Below, one piece after another: positions 41,301-51,702 of a stretch of 64,000 nt of DNA. The notes under the pieces are model-generated. The model worked only from the letters and a program-made list of their open reading frames with translations, did no database searches and had not been told where the DNA came from. Positions within the stretch are counted from its first letter, which is position 1. Every line of letters begins with the position of its first letter. Origin of the DNA: Setoptus koraiensis (Eukaryota; Animalia; Arthropoda); NCBI GenBank assembly GCA_048013815.1, contig CM106586.1, positions 23,374,001-23,438,000 on the forward strand, written 5' to 3'. The position numbers and the translations under genes were made by a program.

Positions 41301-42365
41301 ATATAAATCAAGTCAAATATAAAATTTATATAAAAACTGAATAGAAAAATATAAAAAATTCATAAATTCAAAGATGATCAATCCATGAATAAATAAAAAC
41401 CATTTAGTATAATTTAATGTTATTAATAAATGTTTTAAAAACAAAAGATATAATTGAAGTAAAGTAAAAATCAAAAAAATATTATTTTATTGAGGCCATA
41501 ATATTGTTATTAATTCATAGTAACAAAAATAATCATGCTAGACAAATAGTAAAATTATAATACAAACAATAATTCTAATTAGATTTTAAGTATACATTTA
41601 AATTAATGATACAATAGTCATAAAGTTAAAAAAAATTACAGATCTCAATCAATTATGTTTTGGATTTGTGTGTTTTTATATTTAGTTAATTATTATACTT
41701 AGATTTATTATTTGATTTTTTAGTTGGTATTATGGTTTTGGTGTATTTATATTTTGATTCTTTATTTTGATTTATGATTTTTTTTTTTTTTTAGTTAATT
41801 TTTTTATTTATTTTTTTTTTGTTGATGTTTTTTTGTGATTTATAGAGTTTATTTTTCTAGTTTTTGTTCTCTTCATATATCAGATCTGAACAATTTATGT
41901 CTTACACCCATCATAAAAGTACACACCTAAGACAACCCAAACCCGCAGGTATAATTGTTTTTTAACGAAATTTATTTTTATACCAATAAAGTAACCACTA
42001 TGTTTTCTAACTAAACTCATACATCATACGGCAAAAAAAAGGTCATCCATCATATCAAATACCTAAAGCAAAGCAGAATACACCTCCATTATAATACCAC
42101 AAAATTGTACGCTAGAAAGTCCAAAAGCCAATTTCTCCCGCCGAACTACCAACTCTTACACCAATCATCTAACTCATTAATAAAAATCACACTCACCAAC
42201 CAATTTTTCAAAAATAACCTATACCTATTTACCAACCTCATGATTAAAAATAAAGCATAACACACGATATCAATATATCTAACTCACGACTAGTATTATT
42301 ATTGATATAATTAATATAAAGTGTATATAAGATGATTTATATAATATATAACGTTATAATTAAGA
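7200..42365. other. About 35 kb of low-quality, non-genic AT-rich sequence, probable unpolished long-read/assembly artefact
   Basis: No credible ORF: the longest is 130 aa and the ORFs are F/L/I/Y/K- or G/V-rich compositional artefacts. No tandem periodicity, strong A>T and G>C skew on one strand, many irregular homopolymers, abrupt G/T-only bursts, and it ends at a scaffold gap. The left boundary is approximate. Confidence 0.75.
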
Positions 42366-42865
42366 NNNNNNNNNNNNNNNNNNNNNNNNNNNNNNNNNNN
42401 NNNNNNNNNNNNNNNNNNNNNNNNNNNNNNNNNNNNNNNNNNNNNNNNNNNNNNNNNNNNNNNNNNNNNNNNNNNNNNNNNNNNNNNNNNNNNNNNNNNN
42501 NNNNNNNNNNNNNNNNNNNNNNNNNNNNNNNNNNNNNNNNNNNNNNNNNNNNNNNNNNNNNNNNNNNNNNNNNNNNNNNNNNNNNNNNNNNNNNNNNNNN
42601 NNNNNNNNNNNNNNNNNNNNNNNNNNNNNNNNNNNNNNNNNNNNNNNNNNNNNNNNNNNNNNNNNNNNNNNNNNNNNNNNNNNNNNNNNNNNNNNNNNNN
42701 NNNNNNNNNNNNNNNNNNNNNNNNNNNNNNNNNNNNNNNNNNNNNNNNNNNNNNNNNNNNNNNNNNNNNNNNNNNNNNNNNNNNNNNNNNNNNNNNNNNN
42801 NNNNNNNNNNNNNNNNNNNNNNNNNNNNNNNNNNNNNNNNNNNNNNNNNNNNNNNNNNNNNNNNN
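42366..42865. other. Assembly gap (500 N)
   Basis: Exactly 500 N. A round fixed size indicates a scaffolding spacer of unknown true length. Confidence 0.98.
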
Positions 42866-42880
42866 GGGTCACTTTTACTA

Positions 42881-45800
42881 TCAACCTTTTCGTTGTGCAC
42901 TCGTTGAGATGTCTTTGCCCAAATTATCCGATTGTTTGTTATATTTATCCGAAAAATCAGCATTCTTCTCATAGTTCACATCACTCTTTTTTCCTGTCTT
43001 TTGCAGTGACACCAAATTGTTATTACTAGACGTTGTTTGATTTGACTGAAAGACACTAGGATTCAGTTCTGTGAATGATTTGATAGCTTCATTGTTATTT
43101 ACAGTGCTCAAAGTTTCATCTGTCATCATGTTACCGTGTCGAGATTCATAGGCTGCCCTGGCCAACGATTTCAAATTAACTGCAGACCTTTTGCCTGTTA
43201 TCGATACCATTTGGGTAAAAATGCCATCGACTTTCTGTAACAAGATGTATGGTTCGCCGTATTCAACAACTCTACCGCCGTCCATCACTAGCACTTTATC
43301 GTAATCTATTATTGTGTTCAATCTATGGGCTATTGTCAATACAGTACAGCCAACAAATTGTGTTCGCATTGCGTCCTGAATCAGCGTGTCTGTTTCATGA
43401 TCAACATTTGCCGTAGCCTCATCCAAAATTAATATCCGGTTGTTTTTCAACAATGTTCTCGCCAAACACACTAGTTGCTTCTGGCCAGCACTCAAATTGT
43501 GGCCGCCCTCGGTGAGATGACTGGCCAGGCCTTGAGGTAAACGACTCACTGTTTCTTTCAAATGAACCTGTTCGAGAGCCTTCCAAATCTGACCATCGGT
43601 ATACTGATCGAATGGGTCGACGTTGTTCCTAAACGATCCAGTGAATATAATTGGATCCTGTGGGATAATAGACAATTTCTCGCGCAATCTCTTCAGGGCC
43701 AACTTTTTCGTGTCCACCGAATCAATTATAATCTGTCCAACGTAATTGTACAAACGAAACAATGTCGTTATGATAGAGGTTTTGCCTGCCCCTGTTCTTC
43801 CAACAATACCGACACGTTCACCTGATTGTATAGAAAATGAAAGATTGTGCAAAACGGGCTTCTCGTCGCGATTATAGGCCAATGTAACATTAATAAATTG
43901 CAAATTTCCCGATTGTGGCCACTCGCTCAGTTTAATTTTCTTATTTTCCACATTGGTTATCCAGCGCAATTGTTTTCTAACTTTTCCACTATTGTTCATT
44001 CGCAATTTTTGTTTGGCCCAATAGTTCTTTTGTAATTGTTTCAGTGTTTCGCTAGTCTTTAATGAGATCGAGTCATTACTTTTTGTCGAACTAGATTGAT
44101 CTCTGGTTATCTCAAAATTAGGTTTAGCTTCTCCCTTGAATTTATTGAATTGATTGGCACCATTGTTTCCGTTCCTGATGGCATTCTTTCCATTTTTAAT
44201 CAGTTCATATATTGTATCAGTTGAATCGTTTGATTTTTCCTCGTCGTCATCGTCGAGACCTCCCTGGCCAAAGTCGTTGTCTTGATCGTAGTTTTCCTCT
44301 TGTTTCAGATCAATACATTCCATTACTCTCTCTACGCTTGTCATGAAGGCCTCAGTTTCGGCAAGTTTGAAGAATCCGAATTGCATTAAGCCGCACATTA
44401 CGATGGCGCTTGATATCATGAGACCCATTGCGGACCCATCGGCTATGTAGCTTATGCACCACATGCACAGAGAGGCAATATAAACGGCATTTAACGAGTC
44501 GAGAGTGATCGCTAGCCAACGACGAGCACCTATATAATAGAAAAATATACTTGTATGCTCATTTTGATAATTGACATATTGCTCCTCGACGGAATACTCG
44601 TGCTGACAGGCCCTAATGGTGGCCAGACCCTCCAATGTTGAGGACAAATGTGAGAATATGGGACTTCTGGCGATGTTTTCCAGACGCTTCAAATCTCTCG
44701 AAGCACCCACAAAGAATCTGTGAAAGCACAATATTATCAATAGTAGCAGCAACGATGGAATGGCCAGATAATAGTCTACTGATGATATGAGACACAAAGT
44801 GGCCAATAGTTGCAGTAATATCTCTACTGCTGTGAACAGGGCAACTGGCAATATTTCATCTATCACTCCCATATCTCTGGTGGCTCTATTCAATATTACA
44901 CCGATGGGATGTTTGTCAAAATAGGACATGTGAGCATAGATGGCGCCCTTGAGCAGCTTGGCGTGAAAATACTCAGCAGAACGATTGGCTGCACCAAAGA
45001 AAGCCAAGTTTTTCAAAAGACTGAACAGTGTCAATATTATTATTAGCGCCATATAAGTGATGATATGCTGCTGTCTAGTTAATTGCACCACCATGTGATA
45101 CAATCCGCGATAATTTGGATTAACATTGGCATCGGTGAAATTGTTTGTCATGCGCTGCTGTTCAATGTTTGTCCAAACCGACAAATAACCATCAATGGCT
45201 GTGTAAAATATCTGACTCACCAAAAAACTTATCACTGTAATTACAAACAGAAATTTCGAACCAATTGTAAGATATTGAAACCACACTTTGAATTTCACCG
45301 AGCCCGTATGTAATTGTTCGCCTGAATTAATGCCACCAATAAGCGACATTGATCTACTTGTGGGCCCATTAGTGATGCCAACCACCGGCAAAGCAAGATA
45401 TTCTGTCATAGCCTCTGTGCGCATTGCATTACTTTCTCTGAGTTCTTCGTGAATTTCTTTTGGTGACTTTTTGAATGATGATCTAGGCGACGACGCCATT
45501 CTATTTATTGTGGCCGTTACCTGTTGACGCACCGAAGTAGCACCTATTCCGCTAGGCGAGAAGCCTGTGGTTGAGCTAGACAGCGGAGTAGTCGTTGGCA
45601 TTGTTGTGTCCTGTGGTTCGGAATCATGGTTCAGCTTGTCGTCGGAGTTGGTTGTTGCTGCTGCTGCTGTTGTTGTTGTTGTTACGGTTGTTGGATCATT
45701 ATTAGTTGAGGTCTTTTGTGTCAAGGATTGTTCGATGCGGGCCAAGGTGTCCTTGTTCAGGGTATTGTTCAGTGGATCGGAAGCGATCGAGCCAGCGTCT

Positions 45801-48800
45801 TGTCTCAAGCCATTCTCTTTATCATTGTTTTCTGAATTGAACAATATATGCAATTTCTCCGCTTCCATTTTATCTTTTTGGGCCATTTGTTGCTCTATGG
45901 TGGCGTTCAAATTAGAAGAAGATAACGATTCTGCTGCAGCAGCATTGACAGCAGCGTTACCTGTCTGACTCGACTTGTCTGTGTTCGCTTGGTCTACTAT
46001 TGATTCTTTTTGAATAATATTGCTGTTGCTAGTACCATTCGTTACCGTATCAATATTGGTGGTGATGGGCTCCGATTTGGCGCCAGAATCATGGCTCAAA
46101 TCTTTGTGTGCGCCATCAGCTGCGGTAGTTTTTCGGTCATCGTGGGAACCAATGAGAGCAGTATCTGGCACCTTTTTACTTGTCGTTATGAGCCTAATTG
46201 GTGACTTGTCGCGAATAAGCGCTTGGCTCAGATCGAGAAAATCAATAAAGTGCTTTCGGATATCTTTGAAATTGCCATAAGCCAGCGCTTTGCCATGATT
46301 CAATAGCAATATATTGTCGGCGTGCTTTAAATATTCCACATGATGAGTAACCAAAATAACACTTTTATACTTTAGAAAATCTTTGATTGCCTTGAAGAAA
46401 AGATGCTTGGAGACATTTGAATCTACTGCGCTCAACGGATCGTCCAACAAATAAATGTCACTATCTCTATAGAGGCATCTGGCCAGATTTATTCTAGCCT
46501 TTTGGCCACCACTAAGAGAGGTTCCCTTTTCGCTTATCCAAGTTTGTTCGCCATTTTCAAATAATTGCAAATCGCGACTTAAAGCACAAACTGATAAAAC
46601 GCGTGCATACCGTTTAGACTCGAACGGCTCGCCAAACAGTATATTGTCGCGTACAGTTCCGGCAAATATCCAAGGTTGTTGACTAGCGTAGCCTAGTTTA
46701 CCTGATATTTTAATCTTGCCATTAAATAGTGGACATTCGCCCAATAGGGCCAGCAGTAGGGACGATTTTCCGCTAGCTACTGAACCACAAACGATTAGCA
46801 GTTCGTTTTGGCGCAATTTAAATGACAAATCGATCAAACTAGGTGTTGTCTCCATTTCTGTCCAAGAGGCATTGATACGATCACAATATACTCTGGTGTT
46901 TCTGTTATCCGTGCTGCGTTCTTTGAGCTGTTGCTCGAGCTGTTCCTTAATGCCTTTGGCGGTCATTACCCGGCTATTCGACAGATCACTCAAACTGTTT
47001 TCTGGATGACGTCGTCTTATAGCCTCATCTATCTGATCTCTCATCTCCAATAGATTTACCTTTTGCTCATCGCTGAGCTCCTTGTATTCGATTGATTTCG
47101 ATATGCTGCGCTCCTCAAGAAGCAGAAACTCCTAATTTTGGGGTGCGATTAATGCAATCAACAAAGTTTTACAATCAACTGATTATCAACAATGAATTGA
47201 CAATTATATTAAATCACCTACAGACGTGTGGGCATAAACTGAAGCGACAACTCACCTCTATCCGTTTGATTGACACCATCATCTCCGACCAAAACGATAT
47301 AGTTTGTGGCAGTAGGCGTGATATAGTGGATTGGACATTGTTCAACAAAGTAATTATTAGGAACACATTCCAGGGATTCATAACGTTGTTTTGTACAGCG
47401 CCAGATGAAGCTGCTACTGCCAGAACGGTGAACACAATGATTTTAGATGAAAAGAAGCCAACTGCCTGATTGATGGCACGATAAAATGAAACATCTTTGA
47501 TGGCTTTCATTTCATTATTGCGTGCCTTTGTTATTTTTTCGTGCCAATGACTCTCCCATGCGTAAGTTTTAACAACTCTAATTGCTGTTATCACCTCATT
47601 AATATATCTCGCTCTTATATCCGTCAAGTTGGCAATTGTTGTTCTGTAATAGGAAAATTTTTGACTTAAATACGATTGTATACACATAAATATAAACAAT
47701 ATGACCAACAATGTGAGACTACTTGATCCAATTACTGACCACAGAATGCCCATTGTCAAAAGCACTTGTATAGGTGCTATCCAAATAAATGGTATGAATA
47801 TAACAACAAGGTCAAATCTGTCAACATCATTGGACAATAGATTGACCATTTGGCCAATGGTTGATTGTGCCAGTGCGGCATGGCTCAATTTTACTGCCTT
47901 TCTGAAAATTAAATACGAGGTGGACACTCTGATTTGAATGCCTAGGCGCATCATCTCGAAACAATAATTGTGTATGAGAACGGGAAATATCAATGTGCTT
48001 ATCATAAGTGACAAAGTCCACTGAACTAGAGGCTCGTGAATTGACCATCGGTCACTCATTAGATGATGGGTGCCCAATTGACTGGATGCTACGCTCCCTA
48101 ATGTGTTTGAATCAGCAACAATTGTGGGTGTCACGATGGAATCACTTTCTGAACTGTTATAAATTATTGTTGTTATATCCGAAGTTGACCCATAGGTTGT
48201 TGTTGTGATATTTTCATGTATTGACGAATTTGTGTTGCCGTCTACTATGTCAGTAATCTGAGTTTTGTCTTTTTCGTGAAATAAGAGCTGACTGGAATGG
48301 TAAATCATCTGGCCCAACGAGACGGCCTGCCAGGTTTTAATAACAACATCCTATTCATGTGAACAAATATCGAAATTTCCAGGTTTGATCGAATAATGAA
48401 GGTCGTTGATACTGTTTTAGATCAAAATTTGATTGGCTTACAATGACCAAAGATTATGAGAGCATTAAATTACTTACACAGAAGGTGGAAACTATTGAGG
48501 TGAAAACAATGTGTCTGGCGTGCGTTCTTAATAGGGCCGAAAAAAGTTTCGGGCGTCCCTCGCTGGGGTCTTTGTTTAATTCTTCTTTCCATCGTTTTTC
48601 TAAGGTCCCGCCACTATAGAGGCTTTCTTCGCGTTCAGGAATGGTAATAGGAATATCGCTAATGTCCACTTGTTCTCTGAAGCCGCGCCATAGCACTGGC
48701 AACATCCAACTGTAAGTCAGTTCATATCAGGTCACGTTATAATAAAAAAGAATGGATTTTTCATTCAATCATTTTTCTGTCTAGATAGTTAATAAGAAAA

Positions 48801-48907
48801 ATCAAAAAATCACACACTAGTGGTGCTACTTACATGAAGAATGCTCTCGATAAAAGGTTCGCCCTCTCGAAGGGATGCAATAAGGGTTCTTTGTCACTTT
48901 GTGGCAT
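42881..48907 (-). CDS. ABCC4: ABC transporter subfamily C (ABCC4/MRP4-like, no TMD0), 4 exons, about 1883 aa
   Basis: Exons (minus strand): 48907-48834, 48709-48478, 48350-47256, 47131-42881, all introns GT-AG (124, 127, 124 bp). Splicing restores HPFERANLLSRAFFIWMLP and RIEEFLLLEE. NBD1 has GSVASGKS/LSGGQKAR/IYLLDDP; NBD2 has GRTGAGKT/LSAGQKQ/ILILDEAT. TMD-NBD-TMD-NBD order. The subfamily call is firm; orthology to ABCC4 is approximate. Confidence 0.9.
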
Positions 48908-50373
48908 TTTTTTAATGAAATTCGTCAATTTGAATAAATAACAATAACACTAGACATGAATCATGAGTGTCGCGCGCTCATTTATACACTCTCACGACAA
49001 ATGTATAGACATTTCTTGCATTAATTTGATATTTATTTTACAATGCACATACAGTGAATATTGTCAGCATATTATAAATAGCAAATTCGATTTTTTTTTT
49101 CAAAATAAATATCACGATATTGACTAGTTCTATCATCGACCAACAATTAAATCACCTTTTGGTCTATGATAAAACCATTAATTAGATAATTTATTATAAT
49201 AGCAAGAAGCCCAAATTTCATTGTCGCTTCGGATCTTTTTTTGCGTATAATCAATAGAAACTAGAGGATCCACTCGAAAAACAAAAATGTTTCCGATGAA
49301 AAAATGGCATGCGAATGATAATGTAAATTAATCCATTGCTAGAACTATTTCTGTAGTGATAAAAATTTTAGCTCATTTGCAAAATAATTAATGATCTCTA
49401 GTTTATGACTAGTATTAGTAAATTATAATGATAATCAAGTTTAGCGCGTATGAGATATAATCCTATAATCGTGGAAATTCAATGTCAAATAGACAATGCT
49501 TCAATGTATCAGAAATGTACTTAAATCTTGTCTGCGTTCAACACAAATTCTTGTGACCGAAGTTGCACAACCAACAGACATGACGATTCTTTTGTTGTTG
49601 CTGTAATGAGCTCAAAGAGCCCACATCAAGTAACCATATTGGATTAAATGATGCCAGATACTACTGCTAATTAGATGTGAACTAATACTAAAAAGTTCGG
49701 ATTATTATCACGAAAGAATTGCCACAACTAGAGAATGTCATGGAAAGATCTACACATGAGAGTTCTATTGTATTTATTGTAATGAATTCATAAAGTTACT
49801 GCAGTAAATAATGGCTAATTAATGATAGGATGGATAATCCGTCTAGAATTTTTCGTCAACGCACTAAATGGATATCTTCTCGACAGCTTTAGAGCCAGAC
49901 TTTATTGGTTTGACTTGAATACCATGGACGGGTAAATCATAACAAATGTTAACAAAGCCTATTGAATAATCTAAAGTTGCTCACAACCAGTACAGTTTCC
50001 TAGGCCAGCACTACACTGTACATTTTAGCACAAGTGATAGTTACTAGGAAAAAAAAACAAAATACATGGTTAAAACTACGCAATATCGGCTGTCATGGTA
50101 TCCGAGTGTCAAATTTTTCTGTTCGCTTGGTTTTTGTCGGACGTAATCGATTTTTCAGATCATTCTATATCATTTTTGTTTTTTTCCGAATATAAATCAA
50201 TCAGCACCTAGTTGAAATGTGATACCGGATAATCCATGAAAGCACATCCCGTATTTCAGTTTCATGGCGGGAAGGGTCGAAGTTAGATGTTTTCGGTGAA
50301 AACAAATAGTTTTAAAGGAGTGCATCTAGATAGGTTTGGTCTTAGTGGGAATTGTCAGAGTGAAAAGACAACC

Positions 50374-50610
50374 AAAAACTTGGTATTCCCTCAGTCAAGG
50401 GACTGAGGCAGGGAGATCGTAGGTCGGGAAGGTTCTATTGATTTTCTACTCCCCTGTTCTCCCTCACTCTCGCAAATATCCAGAAAACTAAAGCAAAAGA
50501 AAAATTTCAGCTGACGAGAAAAAGAGTGTGACCGATATCGTGACAAATATCGTGACATTTCTCGTTATTAAAGTTTAAAAGATCTACGTACGTAACCTCC
50601 CTACGATCTA
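50374..50610 (-). mobile_element. Non-autonomous Helentron/DINE-1-like element (HINE), copy 1
   Basis: Homologous to 58168-58411. Perfect 10-bp subterminal inverted repeats AGATCGTAGG (50414-50423) / CCTACGATCT (50600-50609), an 8-bp stem-loop CCTCAGTC-aagg-GACTGAGG (50389-50408) outside one subTIR, three internal GTGAC units, T-rich termini on the minus strand. Confidence 0.65.
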
Positions 50611-51309
50611 ATACTTATGTTCGGAGTCGGTTTGATTTTTCTAACTAACTGATTGTCCACAATTAATCCGATAATAAACACATAAAAGTGAGACACATTG
50701 AAGTTACGACTACGTACATGTACTTCAGGGAATAATGTGAAGACGATGATGAAATACCATCTCTAAACTACCATGCAACAGTTCAGAAATCGCATGCATT
50801 TACGCAAACAGAAGGAGAATGTGTAATATGTCAGCAGACTGGTGTTTGGGTGCGTACGCGCTGTCTTCGAAATGTAGTATGGTAGCTTTCAAATGACATG
50901 TAAATATCATCTTCTCATACAGCGTGTATACATGTTATATGTCTTCATATTGGAATATGCCAATTCTATCTTCATGCATCTTAAATACGACATTCGCATA
51001 ACTAATTAACGCATCAAATGATATACCAAGGCATTGAAAATAATCTCTTATCAGTAATAAGTTAATTATTTCATTTATTATAAATATTATAATTAAATAT
51101 TGATCAGTATTTATTAATTATCACCAAGGGTTGCAATGCAAGTTAAATTGTACACAGTATGCAATGAGTGATTTGTCGAGGACAATTAACTTCAATCGTT
51201 ACTTCAATCGCGTGATTTTACATAGGCTATTCTTCTAATGCAATATACTGCAATCGTTAAAACTGATAATGTTTTGAGACACATGGTAGAGAACACTTTG
51301 GTCTTCTGA

Positions 51310-51660
51310 CTAGTGTTGCGGGCAGGGACAGAGGCCGCCCCTGCCCGAATTTCGGTCGCCCAGGATGGTCGATTGGGTATGCCCAGCGCTTGGGCGGATT
51401 TTGGGCGGAAGTTCTGACAACAATTCGATCCGATACTTGATTGATTGTCGACAATCTGCTTGAAAACAGTACATAAACAGTTGCACATTTGCACAGCAAA
51501 TCTCGAGATTTTTCACGCGAAGGTAGCGCTGTTTTTTTTTTGTTTTTTTTTCCAAAAGATGTTTTTCTTTTTCCAAAAAATATTTTCTTTTTCCACAAGT
51601 TTTATTTCGTACTTTCTACCATCCAAATGTTTTTTCCAGTCTCCTCTTGATGTGATTCTG
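51310..51660 (-). mobile_element. Helitron-like 3' terminus with GC-rich body and T-rich minisatellite; 5' boundary uncertain
   Basis: On the minus strand a 9-bp GC hairpin (CGGGCAGGG 51319-51327 / CCCTGCCCG 51339-51347) is followed 5 nt later by CTAG|T. GC-rich island in an AT-rich context. Imperfect ~20-bp TTTTTCCA repeats at about 51545-51640. Confidence 0.45.
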
Positions 51661-51702
51661 TGATTTTGTTCATACAGGTGTGGTTTCTCTGATCAGGGCA
51701 TC

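Noticed and set aside
42332-42972. ORFs spanning the N run
   Set aside because: Open only because N codons are not stops.
50511-50517. CTGACGA hammerhead-ribozyme-like core in both repeat copies (also 58304-58310)
   Set aside because: No correctly placed stem II followed by GAAA, and no room for stem I in any permutation.
50414-50609. Repeat as RNase P/MRP or telomerase RNA (GGGAAGGT near the 5' end, TAACCT near the 3' end)
   Set aside because: No matching CR-V/P4 pairing. TAACCT is only 6 nt and lies in the terminal inverted repeat. Two diverged dispersed copies with subTIRs fit a TE better.
50817-50880. ECVICQQTGVWVRTRC zinc-finger-like fragment (RING or piggyBac C-terminal domain)
   Set aside because: Too short, bounded by stops, remaining ligands missing, and no transposase sequence nearby.
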